64,000 bases of DNA from a virus. The position numbers and the translations under genes were made by a program. The stretch covers positions 20,689 to 84,688 of IMG/VR virus record IMGVR_UViG_3300020578_000037; one strand, 5' to 3'. The notes under the pieces were generated by a model. That model made no database searches. It had not been told where the DNA came from and worked only from the letters and a program-made list of their open reading frames with translations. Shown here one piece after another: positions 20,570-31,295 of the stretch. Each line of letters starts with the position of its first letter. The first letter of the stretch is position 1.

Positions 20570-22645
20570 TTAAGTTTGAAGTGTTCCAAACCTATTAGAA
20601 AAGTCTCTTCTAAATTCTAGGTTAGATGCTCCTTTTTCACTAAACACAATATTACTATTATTATTACTTACAACAACATTAGAAGAAGCAGATTTTTTGT
20701 CGCTAATATCTTGCAACTTTTCTACACTAGTAGACGCTAATGTTGTTTGTTTTTGCTGCAGTTCTATCGATTGACTAAATTTGCCTTTAATTTCTTTTAA
20801 AACAGCAGTCAATTCTACTACGTTTTTATCAAGTGAAGTAGTAGATGAATACAGATCATTAAAGCTACTAATACTCTTCTCTGTAACATTGCTGGAAGTT
20901 TCTCTAATGCTTTGTGTTTTAACGTTAAACTCAGCCATAGGTTTAGAGAGAGCCTCTTTTAATTGTGTAATCTTTCGTAGTTTCGAAAGCTCCTCTTCGC
21001 TTAACGAAGATGCAAGTGTTGTAATACCTTCTTTAACCTTGGTCATCTCATCTTTAAATGCATCTCCGTATTTTTTCTCGGAAACACTAGCTAATAATGT
21101 GGTTAAACTATCTATTCCTTTAGTAGCTTTATCGATATTTTCAGCATTTTTAGCTAAACTAAGTATTACTTCTGTGGGGCCACCGCCGCCCACTTTACCA
21201 ACTAAACCCCCTACAGCAGACGCTACTCCTCCTCCTAGTGTCGCAGCACCAAACCCTGCAATAGCAAATCCTAGTGTGGTTATAGCTCCTGCAGTTGCAA
21301 GTATTCTAGTGGGCTCTAAATCTAAAAGCCATTTTAGCCCATCAGAAAACTTCTGAAAGATATCTTTTACTGTATCTAATACTTTAGTAGCCACCCTTTC
21401 AAAGAAACCAATAAGTTTATCAAATATATTAAACACACCATTGACTGCATCTTTTAATGCGTTTGCTGCAATAACTAAAGCTTCACCTAGATAAGGGATT
21501 AACAGTTTTATAGCATCGAGTAAATTATTAATAACAGATTTAAGTGTTTCAAAAGCTGCTACTAAAATATCCTTTACATAAGGTGCAAGTTCTTTTATTT
21601 TTTTCAAAACTAACGTTAGTATTCTTTCTAAGGGTGGTATTAATTCTAAAACAATATCTTTTATTGTTTTTATAACAGGTAGTAAAAAATCACTTATAAT
21701 TTTTAAAATTTCAGGTAATTTATCTATAAGCTTTAAAACTACATCCCGTATCATTTCACCTATTTGTACCACAAAAGGTAGTATTGCTGGCAATCTATCT
21801 AAAATAGCTATTACTATGTCTCTAACCCCGCCAAAAAACTTTTCTAAAACAAGAGGTATATTTGCTATTATATATTTAAAAAAATCTACTACCTTCTCGA
21901 TTATTGGTAAAACAATTTTTCCTATAGAATCGATTATCGGTGGTAAACCTGACAATACATTTTTTACTAAGTTATTAATAAAATCAAAAACAATCTTTAA
22001 TGTAGGTATAATTTTTACAAAAAATTTACCTATACTCTCAAAAGCCACTGGCAGTGTCTTTACTAGAAAATCGCCTATAACAGGAATTATTTTAGCTAAA
22101 AAATTGCCTATCTTATCTATGTTTTTTATCAGCATGTAAATTATAGCAACCCCACCTATTGCAGCAATTGCAGCTATTAAAACACCGAATGGGCCACCAC
22201 CACCCATTAATCCGCCGAGCATCCCGAGTATACCACCACCGCCTCCCGATTGCGGCTCTTTCTTTTTTTGCTTTAAAATGTCTGCTTGTTGCTCGGAAAA
22301 CACTCTTTTTAAACTATTAATAGCATTATTAGAAACTCTATCTAAACTTACTTTTATTAAATTTTTCTTTAAAAGATCTTTTGTTTTAGATTCACCGGAC
22401 TTTAAATTTTGCTCAAACTCATCAAGCATTTTATTAAATGCTTTAGCATAAATAGTACCCTTTTCTTCTTCTATCTTTTTTTCACCGGGGGAAAGGCGTG
22501 ATTCTTTTTTACCAGTTAAAGCACTGTATTCGGGTTTTTTAGGATCTTTTTTGGGATCAACTTCACTGTTTTTAACTAGTTGTTCAATTGATACCCCTAT
22601 TTGATTTAGTTTATCTATAAACTGCTGGAACTGTATTTGATCCAT
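20570..22645 (-). CDS. Tail tape-measure-like protein
   Basis: 691 aa of amphipathic helical repeats with Gly-rich hydrophobic segments, between gp26/51 and gp48. Confidence 0.75.
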   Translation of the reverse strand: MDQIQFQQFIDKLNQIGVSIEQLVKNSEVDPKKDPKKPEYSALTGKKESRLSPGEKKIEEEKGTIYAKAFNKMLDEFEQNLKSGESKTKDLLKKNLIKVSLDRVSNNAINSLKRVFSEQQADILKQKKKEPQSGGGGGILGMLGGLMGGGGPFGVLIAAIAAIGGVAIIYMLIKNIDKIGNFLAKIIPVIGDFLVKTLPVAFESIGKFFVKIIPTLKIVFDFINNLVKNVLSGLPPIIDSIGKIVLPIIEKVVDFFKYIIANIPLVLEKFFGGVRDIVIAILDRLPAILPFVVQIGEMIRDVVLKLIDKLPEILKIISDFLLPVIKTIKDIVLELIPPLERILTLVLKKIKELAPYVKDILVAAFETLKSVINNLLDAIKLLIPYLGEALVIAANALKDAVNGVFNIFDKLIGFFERVATKVLDTVKDIFQKFSDGLKWLLDLEPTRILATAGAITTLGFAIAGFGAATLGGGVASAVGGLVGKVGGGGPTEVILSLAKNAENIDKATKGIDSLTTLLASVSEKKYGDAFKDEMTKVKEGITTLASSLSEEELSKLRKITQLKEALSKPMAEFNVKTQSIRETSSNVTEKSISSFNDLYSSTTSLDKNVVELTAVLKEIKGKFSQSIELQQKQTTLASTSVEKLQDISDKKSASSNVVVSNNNSNIVFSEKGASNLEFRRDFSNRFGTLQT

Positions 22646-22681
22646 AAGATTTAAATACTTATGGAATTTTTAGATTTCTAA

Positions 22682-23461
22682 CTACTCTCTAGTAAAAAAA
22701 CCTGAATCTATAGTCAGGTTAACTTCTTTATTGTTAACAACTACCTTTAATGGTAAATTTTCGATCTCCCTAATTTTTGTTATTTTTTCTACTATCTTAT
22801 CTGTAATAACCATTGGTAGTGCTTCTAACGTCTCAACTCTTTGCTTTACAGTGAGTTCTTTAAACTTTACTTCTTCAGAAGAAGTGCCTTCAGTAAGCTT
22901 AACACTGTCAATAAACTTAATTAACTCATAAATGTAAATTTCGCCTACTAAATCTTTTACTTTATCTTCATCTTTAGATTTTTTAGCTTCTAGACTAGAT
23001 AAACATTCAAGATTAATTTTATAGTCTTCCTCTAAAGTAGGTATTTTAAGTACAATTTCTAGGTTGCCTACATTTACTACCCCTGTAAAAGCAGTTAAAT
23101 CAATTTTATCCTTTAAATTCAAATTTGCAGAAAAATCAACGACAACCTTTTCATTGTTATCTACTACTGTGGTAATAGGTCCTAAGGAGTTGGCTCTTAA
23201 AGCTAGTAAAACTAGTGGTTTATCTAAAATTGTAAGAGCTGCTTTGGACTCAAGGTTGCTATTAATAATATTAGTTGTAGCGTTAGAGAAGGTAATAGGT
23301 GATAAAGCTAAATCTAATGCAGTTTTAATAATGTCTTTTTGCTGCTTAATTGAAAGGGGTAATAATGTTATATCTGTACCTAGAGATCTGCTAAATGTAG
23401 TGACTTTATTTTGCTGAGATAGCTGTTTTACCTTAGATAAGAAATTAGATGCACTGCTCAC
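22682..23461 (-). CDS. Baseplate hub assembly protein (gp26-like)
   Basis: PLSIKQQK, LTILDKPLVLLALRANSLG, C-terminal GFF. Confidence 0.7.
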   Translation of the reverse strand: MSSASNFLSKVKQLSQQNKVTTFSRSLGTDITLLPLSIKQQKDIIKTALDLALSPITFSNATTNIINSNLESKAALTILDKPLVLLALRANSLGPITTVVDNNEKVVVDFSANLNLKDKIDLTAFTGVVNVGNLEIVLKIPTLEEDYKINLECLSSLEAKKSKDEDKVKDLVGEIYIYELIKFIDSVKLTEGTSSEEVKFKELTVKQRVETLEALPMVITDKIVEKITKIREIENLPLKVVVNNKEVNLTIDSGFFTRE

Positions 23462-23469
23462 TAAATTAA

Positions 23470-24330
23470 TTATACTCCGTTAAAGGGTTTGCCAGGTAAT
23501 CCAGGTCCTGGTGATTTTTTAGACGCTTCTTCTTGTTTTTTTAGCTCACTTTCATACAGCTTAAGCAAAATAATATTTTCTACAAACGTTTGATTATCAG
23601 TATATTCAGGGGTAAACCCTAGCTTACTGACAAGCAGATATTGCATTTCGTATAACCCGTTTAAATTTGTTTTAAAAATTATTTTTAAAAATTCGATTAA
23701 AGAACTATCGAACGGATTTAATTTAATAGGCTCTTCAATTGTGGGTAATGTAAGTTTTAATGCTTCAAATTCTTCATTTAATAAATCAAAAAACTGTTTT
23801 AAATCATTCATAATAGTTGCAGGTAAGCTATCTACTATTTGCTTTTTTTGATCTAATGAAATATTGGTAAAATCAATAAAGTCGTTATCTACAGATACAT
23901 TTTTAATGAGAAAATTAGATAAATTTAAAAATGTATCAAATAAAAACGTTTTTGGTATCTCGAGTGTTATTTTAAATGGGCCTGAAATAATCTCTTTATT
24001 GAAAGTAGCCTTAAAATTACAGCATGTGTTTAAAAACTTCATTAAGCTAGTTTGTATTGTAGTTTTTTTGTCTATTAATTCTATCTCTGACGAAACACTG
24101 ACACATCTTAACATAAACAAGCAGCAAAATTTATCAAAATTTGATAGAACTTTAAAATCGTGCTTAGAATGAAGGTTTTCTTTTAAAATTTTATTAAAAT
24201 AATCTTCAATAAGATTGTTGTTGTTGTTAAGAATATATTTATTAAGTTCCCTATACTGCTTAAAGCTTAGCTCTTTAAGCTGTAATGTATTTTTACTAAC
24301 TGGCGATTCAAAATTTAAATAGAACGACAT
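23470..24330 (-). CDS. gp26-like/gp51-like fusion (baseplate assembly)
   Basis: N-terminal LSNFDKFCCLFMLRCVSV (gp26-like); C-terminal LNGLYEMQYLLVSKLGFTPEYTDNQTFVE (gp51-like). Confidence 0.6.
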   Translation of the reverse strand: MSFYLNFESPVSKNTLQLKELSFKQYRELNKYILNNNNNLIEDYFNKILKENLHSKHDFKVLSNFDKFCCLFMLRCVSVSSEIELIDKKTTIQTSLMKFLNTCCNFKATFNKEIISGPFKITLEIPKTFLFDTFLNLSNFLIKNVSVDNDFIDFTNISLDQKKQIVDSLPATIMNDLKQFFDLLNEEFEALKLTLPTIEEPIKLNPFDSSLIEFLKIIFKTNLNGLYEMQYLLVSKLGFTPEYTDNQTFVENIILLKLYESELKKQEEASKKSPGPGLPGKPFNGV

Positions 24331-24334
24331 TATA

Positions 24335-25078
24335 TTATTTTAATTTAAGATAACATAACCAAGTATAATCTTTTCTTTCATCAAAAAACAGGGGGTACTT
24401 GTTTATATCTTTTTCAGACAAAAGTGGCTCAGGTGTATTATATTTTTCATCCCAAGGTGTATTCCATCTAGTAAAATTATCTGTAAATATAGGGTATGCT
24501 TCTTGATAAAATTCTAAATTTGAAGTAAGATAAGCTATATCATTTAAATTCTTACTGTGATATGTAACTTCCCCGTTAACATCAATAACATAATCTTGAT
24601 TTGACAGTATTTTCTTAGGGCTATAACAATCACCTTGAAAAGATGGATAGTTATCTTCAACAATAATATTTTTAAAGCCAATTTCTTTACATTTTTTTAT
24701 CCGTTCAAAAGAATTTTGATGATCATCAAAAAATACTAAAACATTTTTATCTTTTACTTCTGTCCAATCAGTAACTAAAAAGTCTTGTGTTTGATATTTT
24801 GCTTTTTTACTTGTATATTCTCTGAGCTGAGGCACAGGGTCAATTGCATAAATCTCGCTCTCTGGGCTAGCGTTTTCAAACAACCAAGTACTTTGCCCTT
24901 TCCATACCCCGCTTTCTATTATAATCTCCGGTTTTAGCTTTTTTGTAATTACCCAGGTTGCAAACATGTGTGGCGATTTCATACCGCCTTGATTATTTTT
25001 GATAGGCTTATTTAAATAGAGAGAGTAAAATTCGTCTAAACAAGAAAGCGCTTCTTCACGCGAGTAAAATTGATTCAC
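24335..25078 (-). CDS. Class I SAM-dependent methyltransferase-like protein
   Basis: IIESGVWKGQSTW, AIDP, FFDDH, IVEDNY. Confidence 0.6.
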   Translation of the reverse strand: MNQFYSREEALSCLDEFYSLYLNKPIKNNQGGMKSPHMFATWVITKKLKPEIIIESGVWKGQSTWLFENASPESEIYAIDPVPQLREYTSKKAKYQTQDFLVTDWTEVKDKNVLVFFDDHQNSFERIKKCKEIGFKNIIVEDNYPSFQGDCYSPKKILSNQDYVIDVNGEVTYHSKNLNDIAYLTSNLEFYQEAYPIFTDNFTRWNTPWDEKYNTPEPLLSEKDINKYPLFFDERKDYTWLCYLKLK

Positions 25079-25098
25079 AAAAAATATTTAAACAGTAA

Positions 25099-26013
25099 TT
25101 ATAAGAATCCAAGTGGGTTAATGCTACCGATGCCATTCTGAAAGCTTGTAACTCTTGGTATAGATCCGTTTGAAATTCTATTAACAATATCAGCAATAGG
25201 TAGATAGAGATTGTTTTCAACAGTATAATTTGAATAAGCCCATCTAGTACTATATGTTGTCAGCTTTGCATCTTCGTAGTCATATGATTGTTCCGCTATT
25301 TGATATGGCATACAATTATAAAAAGTAAATACCTTGTAAGGTATCATTGAAATGCTATGGTAAGTTTTAGTGTAATTTAAAAGTGTCATATTAACTTTCA
25401 TATTCTTAGGATCTTTTTTATTACCAGTGTCCCCAGGTCTAGCCGCCATACCGTAGTGTGATCCGAGTATTACCCAGGGTCTTAGAACAAAATCAATAAA
25501 AGATGTATTCGTTTCACGAAACTCTATTTGTAGTCCTTGCGTAGAAGTAGAGATATCTCTCTTACTACCTAAAACACCGGGTAAAAAGCCTCTGTTGTTG
25601 TTGACCGAGGCAACATCAACTTCATACTGTTCAGTGGGTATAGTAATTGCATGTGCAAATAAACATCCAACTATTTTTTGAAAGGGAAAACTTTTTAAAA
25701 TATTTACTGCAGCTGAGATATTATATCCTTTTTTACTTCCGTCTGTTCGTTCAAGCCCTTGAATTACACTCGATCTTATAGCGGGTGGATATCTATCGAT
25801 TACTATCAACCACTGGGATGAATTAGGTATGGAGGTGAACCACGACTCCATTTGCACAAGGAAATAATCCCTTGCACTAATAATCGGTACACCAGGAATA
25901 TTAAATCCAAATAAATTTACTGCTTGAGGAGCTATTAAAGAATTTGTACCTGCACCAATTCCAGTAAAATTATCGCCTATAGAATTAAGTGCACTAGTAA
26001 ACGGGTTGTTCAC
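25099..26013 (-). CDS. Tail tube-fold protein (gp54/gp19-like initiator)
   Basis: LQIEFRET...FTFYNCMPYQI tube-family pattern; follows gp19. Confidence 0.65.
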   Translation of the reverse strand: MNNPFTSALNSIGDNFTGIGAGTNSLIAPQAVNLFGFNIPGVPIISARDYFLVQMESWFTSIPNSSQWLIVIDRYPPAIRSSVIQGLERTDGSKKGYNISAAVNILKSFPFQKIVGCLFAHAITIPTEQYEVDVASVNNNRGFLPGVLGSKRDISTSTQGLQIEFRETNTSFIDFVLRPWVILGSHYGMAARPGDTGNKKDPKNMKVNMTLLNYTKTYHSISMIPYKVFTFYNCMPYQIAEQSYDYEDAKLTTYSTRWAYSNYTVENNLYLPIADIVNRISNGSIPRVTSFQNGIGSINPLGFL

Positions 26014-26038
26014 CTAATTATTTAATCGGTAACTAATA

Positions 26039-26587
26039 TTAGGACAATTTTCTCCAGTAATGATACGAAACGGTGACAGTAAATTCAACAACACTTCCAG
26101 TGCCTTCAGCTATTGTGTAGCTTAAGGGCCCTACATTTCTTACTGAAACACCTACTAACTGATATTGTGCTACTTTGTTTAGCTCATTATCTAATTGAAC
26201 TAAATCTATGATAGCTGTTTGCTTAGGTGAAAAATAGTTACCGGTAGAATTTGAATCGTCAAAAATATCTGTTGACCATTGTTCAAACTTTTGACGAATT
26301 TGCGAATTTGCGTCAGCATAGAATGTCATCTCATAGCTATCGCTTCCAGGGTAATCAACATTACCAGGAATATTGAATTTTAACCCCATGTACGGTACTT
26401 GAACATTAGTTATATTTCTTCCAGGTAGGCTAGCTGTTTTACAATATACTAAATCGTTTTCATCAAACGTTACAGTGCTTGCTCCGCCAGTATTAATAGA
26501 TAATACTCTAAAGTTAAAATCGCGGGCGAATTCACGCGTTGTTGCTACCCTGTAAAAGTCTGTTATTAATTGATTTACGTCTGCCAT
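26039..26587 (-). CDS. gp19: Tail tube protein gp19
   Basis: CKTASLPG, VPYMG, IRQKFEQW, EFTVTVSYHYW. Confidence 0.9.
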   Translation of the reverse strand: MADVNQLITDFYRVATTREFARDFNFRVLSINTGGASTVTFDENDLVYCKTASLPGRNITNVQVPYMGLKFNIPGNVDYPGSDSYEMTFYADANSQIRQKFEQWSTDIFDDSNSTGNYFSPKQTAIIDLVQLDNELNKVAQYQLVGVSVRNVGPLSYTIAEGTGSVVEFTVTVSYHYWRKLS

Positions 26588-26602
26588 AAAATTATTTATC
26601 TA

Positions 26603-28894
26603 TTACGATACAATCTCCTGGAAGTTTGTACCTGTTCTAGTTGCATAGAAGTTGCAAAGTATGAATTCCGCGGCTCTTACAGGCTTTACATAGATATCAA
26701 TGACAATGGTATTGTCATCAATAATAGCTGATGTGTTGTTTCTTTCATCGCAGATAATTAGATAATCGTAAATGCCTTGTGTATTTTTAGCATTATCAAA
26801 TATTGGTGTAATACTATTGATAATCTGCGTCCTTGTAAAGAGTGTATTGGGTTCAAATACGAAATACTTTAATGTATCTCTTGTAGCTGTCTCAAGATTT
26901 AAGAAAAGACGGCGAACATTGATTCTATCAAATGCGCTTGGTTTTTTCTGTAACGTCTTTTGACCGAAGATAACAAATCCTTCTGCAGGGAAAAACGCTA
27001 CAGGGTTTAAGTTGATCTTATAGAGTTGATCGCGCTGTTTTTGTTTTGGATAAATGCCTATATCTGTTACTCCTGTAAGAACACCTCTTGTAAAGCCTGC
27101 AGGGGCATACCAGGGTTGGAAGTTGTTGTCTGTATTAGCCATTGCAGTTGCTGCAAAGCCTGAGAATGGAACCCAGACTTGCTGATTCGATGCAACGTCA
27201 GCTACTTTAGCAACATTTGCAAATGCGCAAGCGTAGCTTGAATTAATACCCATAAACTGATTCTTTAATGGCCAGTAAATGTCATTTGAGAACGTCTTGC
27301 TAGCAAGATCTAGTGTTTTAATGTTTGATCCTTGAACAAATATATTTGTAATAGCATCAGCAATGAAAAGATGATCTTTTCTATTAAGAGCTAGATTCAA
27401 GAATACATTAGCAACAGCATTATATTTGCTAACCGCATCAGGAACGACTGATGGGTTTTGTACAGCAAGAGATTCAACCATGCTATCATAAGGAACTGTA
27501 TCATCAAAATAACCATTGGTTAAAGGGTTGAATGAATTGACATATACAGTACCCAATCCTGCTTCTAAAGTTACATTAATTGGATATAGATCAACGTTAT
27601 TAAGCTTATCTGTAGCTAATTGAAGTTTGGCGGGTATATTACCGATTACTTTAGTTGTAAGATCGGTGCTTGTATAATCACCCAAGGCAAATAAAGCGCT
27701 TGTAGTACCTAGATCGTCAAGCATTGTTCTGACTGCTCCTGAAGGGGCACCAACACGCGTTTCATACTGTGATGATGTTTCACCTGCTAAAGGTAAATAC
27801 ATTGGCTCGCTTAATAAACGAGCTTTCTTTGTAGGTACACCACTTAAATCAAGCCATGTTGTCCCATTTTTATTAGAGATAGCAGGGTGTACAACAACAG
27901 TAACATTTGTTGATGTTGCGTTTGCTTGTTCAATTGAAAAGCTTACGGGCGGACCACCGTTGGTGCTATTAATTTGTCTGTTAGCATCAAGAGAGCCTGT
28001 ATAGCCTTCTTGTAGTACAAAATCTAGCGCAATTGTATCTGGTGAAAACACCGATTGACGTAATTTAAATACCCCTAAAGTAACTGTATCGTCGAACTGA
28101 TTTGATGAAATATCAAATGTAGGTATATTTTCAACAACTTCTGATACGCTTCCCTGTAAACCTGTTGATGTTGCGCTTAGCGCAAAATTTAATCTTACGT
28201 CAGGTATATTAACATAATCAGAGCCGTAGATCGAAGCTTGTGTTGAATTAATGGATAGTACTTGATTAAAATCGTTAAAAGATGTTGCGGGGTTGAGGTT
28301 TAAGTTATCTATTGCACCGATGTAAGTACCCTCAAATTTTGTATTGATGGAAGATTGTGATTTATTAAGAACAATCATACCAGCAGCGCTTAGTGATGAG
28401 ACATTATTAAATGTCTTTCTGCCGTCAGTATCGTTAGCCCATGAAAAACCATCACCACGTAAAATTGAAAGATATTCAGACTGAGTCAATTTTAAGTGTG
28501 TAGGGCTTCCAAAAAAGTAAGAGCTGTTAGCTAGATTTAATTCTGTTGTAACTGTACCGCTTACATAAGCTTGTACCGGGTAAACTAATGCGCTATAATC
28601 ATCAGATGTATCAATTCCGGTCCCTGCGCCATAAGGTAGTCTGTAAACTAGTAGGTTAGCAGCGGTTCCGAGAACTGCTTTAACTGAATGATAAAAATAA
28701 CGTTCAGCAGCATTTGAAGGTATACCGAAAATTTGCTCGAACTCAGATAATGAAGTAATGCTAATTACTTCGGAAGTAGGTCCTTTTGATGCGAATCCTG
28801 TAACTAATATTGTAGTTGAAGGTGTTCCAACGCTTCTTAATGAAAGATCTATTTCTTGAATTACAACTCCAGGGCTTTGAATTGTGCGTGCCAT
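26603..28894 (-). CDS. gp18: Tail sheath protein gp18
   Basis: SPGVVIQEIDLS, PWYAPAGFTRG, FDRINVRRLF, FVFEPN. Confidence 0.97.
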   Translation of the reverse strand: MARTIQSPGVVIQEIDLSLRSVGTPSTTILVTGFASKGPTSEVISITSLSEFEQIFGIPSNAAERYFYHSVKAVLGTAANLLVYRLPYGAGTGIDTSDDYSALVYPVQAYVSGTVTTELNLANSSYFFGSPTHLKLTQSEYLSILRGDGFSWANDTDGRKTFNNVSSLSAAGMIVLNKSQSSINTKFEGTYIGAIDNLNLNPATSFNDFNQVLSINSTQASIYGSDYVNIPDVRLNFALSATSTGLQGSVSEVVENIPTFDISSNQFDDTVTLGVFKLRQSVFSPDTIALDFVLQEGYTGSLDANRQINSTNGGPPVSFSIEQANATSTNVTVVVHPAISNKNGTTWLDLSGVPTKKARLLSEPMYLPLAGETSSQYETRVGAPSGAVRTMLDDLGTTSALFALGDYTSTDLTTKVIGNIPAKLQLATDKLNNVDLYPINVTLEAGLGTVYVNSFNPLTNGYFDDTVPYDSMVESLAVQNPSVVPDAVSKYNAVANVFLNLALNRKDHLFIADAITNIFVQGSNIKTLDLASKTFSNDIYWPLKNQFMGINSSYACAFANVAKVADVASNQQVWVPFSGFAATAMANTDNNFQPWYAPAGFTRGVLTGVTDIGIYPKQKQRDQLYKINLNPVAFFPAEGFVIFGQKTLQKKPSAFDRINVRRLFLNLETATRDTLKYFVFEPNTLFTRTQIINSITPIFDNAKNTQGIYDYLIICDERNNTSAIIDDNTIVIDIYVKPVRAAEFILCNFYATRTGTNFQEIVS

Positions 28895-28935
28895 ATAAAG
28901 TATTTATGTTTTTTAGGATAAAACTTTTTATTTTT

Positions 28936-29559
28936 TTACAAACTATCTGTCTGATTTACCATTAAAACTTCTAATTGAGAGTAATTAAAAGAAAAGTTTG
29001 TTTCGATTTCGCCATGATCTCTATTATTAAAGTCAATGCCACCTAATGCTGTTGGAAAAGCGTTAATGTATTTAAATTCAAGTGTTCTTTTGTCGTATTC
29101 GTCTAGAGCAAATATTGAAAAGTTAGCTCTATATTGAAGATAGTCAGCTCCTGCTAAATTAGCTTTATTTGCAGGTGTACTCTTGATAAGATTGTCCTGA
29201 TCAAATGCACCTGTCCTTACATTGTTTAGAATGTCTAGCCATTTGTATATAATCCAGTAATTATTAAATCTATTATCTACAGTAAAATTTACGGTTACAG
29301 TTGGATAAGGCTCGCGTGAATAACTTGAACTTACTAAAGTCTGACCTGCATAACGAACATTAACAGGTAATACTTCTATAGTAGGTACAATAATGCCATA
29401 AACAGAAAATTGAAGAGCATCAGGTATTACCTTTTCATTATTACGCTCAAACTTAGTAGATATATCCTTTAAGCATTTTGGTAGATTAAGAATAAATAAA
29501 AATTTATCTTTTCTAGATTTATTAAATGGGCTTTGAGTATAATTTTCTAAATTAGCCAT
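28936..29559 (-). CDS. gp3: Tail tube terminator/completion protein (gp3-like)
   Basis: VNFTVDNRFNNYWIIYKWL, AFPTALGGIDF. Confidence 0.7.
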   Translation of the reverse strand: MANLENYTQSPFNKSRKDKFLFILNLPKCLKDISTKFERNNEKVIPDALQFSVYGIIVPTIEVLPVNVRYAGQTLVSSSYSREPYPTVTVNFTVDNRFNNYWIIYKWLDILNNVRTGAFDQDNLIKSTPANKANLAGADYLQYRANFSIFALDEYDKRTLEFKYINAFPTALGGIDFNNRDHGEIETNFSFNYSQLEVLMVNQTDSL

Positions 29560-29562
29560 ATA

Positions 29563-31275
29563 TTAATTTAATCTTCTCCATCCTTGTGATTCTAATTCTA
29601 TAATATCATCAGATGTAGAGTTTGAAAGATTTTGAGGTATTATAATTGGCATGGGTCTTATACCTTCTTCAGTTAGTTTTTCATTGCTGTAAATAGAGGT
29701 GGGGTTAAGAAAATATTTTATACCATAATCAAGTGATTTTATTTTTAATGGTTTTTTATTTTGATCAAATTGCTCAATTTCAAAATGTTTTTCAACGAGT
29801 TCATTTTCTAATATCATTAATGCCCATATTAAGCTCATCACTCTATCATCCCAGCTGTCAGCACCGGGTTTTGCAGCCCATGTACCGTTAGGATATCTTA
29901 CAAAGTTTTTTAATTCATTTAATGTTTTTAAATCTCTGATTTTTACTGATTTGACTTCGTTTATCCAATAGCGCATATTAATAACGCCTTTGTATTTTGA
30001 ATTAGTATGTGCTAATACACCTAGTTTGTTGAATACTGTACCGCCGATTTTAGGTCCGTAGGAAACAATATTTTCATATGAATGTATATTTCTTAATGAA
30101 TCGACGACTTGTGCCCCGCAATTATTTCTCTCAATAAGAGCAAGAGGAGATCCCCAATGTTGTAATATTTCATGCAACTTAGCGGTAAAATTATAAGGGC
30201 TTATCATTCTATTATGGTATGTTGCAACTTGCTTTATTTCACGAAGATTTGTCATATCTAAAATCTGAATCACGCTTGCTGCTTGGCTAACCCCCTCACT
30301 TATGTCTACCCCTGCAACATAAATTTTTTCTTTATCGGGCTCTTCCCAAAGCAAGTAATGACCTTCATCAAAAACAAATTTTGGTTCAGTGCAATCGGAT
30401 TTCATTTCTTCAAATAATTTTTCATCTAACGCGCTCTCGCCTGTCTGTAAAAAGACGTTACCGAATTCTTGATCAAATGCATCTTTACTGCCTAGTGTTC
30501 TAATTGTATCTTCTTTCCACTTCTCATCACGCCCGGGAAATTCCCACCAATCTACTTTTTCAGCATGCCAGTTATTCTTTTTTTCAACCGCACCAGAATA
30601 AAGTTCATGAAATAAATTACCTGTTCCATTGGGAGTACTTGCAATAAAGATTTTTGATTTTTTAGAAGAAGAAATGATAGGGTATACAGAGTTCCAAAAG
30701 TCCATGACTAAATGATTATCAATAAATGCAAGCTCGTCCAAAATAAGAACATTACAGCTATCACCTCTACCTGCATCACTGCTTGTCGTCGAAATACCTA
30801 TGCTAGATCCGTTTCCTAGTGACATCGATGTTTTACCGTATTCTACTGTTCCCGGTTTAAGGTAATTAGGTAGTTTTTCATAAGCTAATCTAACTCTCTT
30901 AAAAATATTAATAGCGGTTTGCTCTTTGTTGGCTACTATAAGAATACGTTGATCTTCAAAAAAACAAGATATCCATAATGCATAAATGGTCATTAATGTG
31001 GTTTTGCCTATCTGTCTTGATGCTAAAAGAACGACAAACCTTTCATCTCTAAGACTTCTCAAAATCTTTTTTTGATAATTATGAAGTTTTATCTTCATTT
31101 TACCTTGATCTAAATTAGTAATAAAGAAGAATGTTTCTGCAAAATAAATTATATTTTTTCTGCATTTAGCTATATCTTCAACCCATTCCGGATGATCTTC
31201 GTAATTAAAAACTGCCTCGGTTGTAGGTAGATTTTGATTACCCAAATAAAATTGCTTTTCATGTTTTTTAGGCAT
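29563..31275 (-). CDS. gp17: Terminase large subunit gp17
   Basis: ASRQIGKTT, LILDELAF, ASTPNG, GVDISEG, DDRVMSL. Confidence 0.97.
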   Translation of the reverse strand: MPKKHEKQFYLGNQNLPTTEAVFNYEDHPEWVEDIAKCRKNIIYFAETFFFITNLDQGKMKIKLHNYQKKILRSLRDERFVVLLASRQIGKTTLMTIYALWISCFFEDQRILIVANKEQTAINIFKRVRLAYEKLPNYLKPGTVEYGKTSMSLGNGSSIGISTTSSDAGRGDSCNVLILDELAFIDNHLVMDFWNSVYPIISSSKKSKIFIASTPNGTGNLFHELYSGAVEKKNNWHAEKVDWWEFPGRDEKWKEDTIRTLGSKDAFDQEFGNVFLQTGESALDEKLFEEMKSDCTEPKFVFDEGHYLLWEEPDKEKIYVAGVDISEGVSQAASVIQILDMTNLREIKQVATYHNRMISPYNFTAKLHEILQHWGSPLALIERNNCGAQVVDSLRNIHSYENIVSYGPKIGGTVFNKLGVLAHTNSKYKGVINMRYWINEVKSVKIRDLKTLNELKNFVRYPNGTWAAKPGADSWDDRVMSLIWALMILENELVEKHFEIEQFDQNKKPLKIKSLDYGIKYFLNPTSIYSNEKLTEEGIRPMPIIIPQNLSNSTSDDIIELESQGWRRLN

Positions 31276-31295
31276 AAATCTAATAAATACTTAAT

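Noticed and set aside
20781-22139. Plus-strand ORFs opposite the tape measure gene, and similar short antisense ORFs throughout
   Set aside because: Fully nested antisense to well-supported genes, with no promoter box or motifs.
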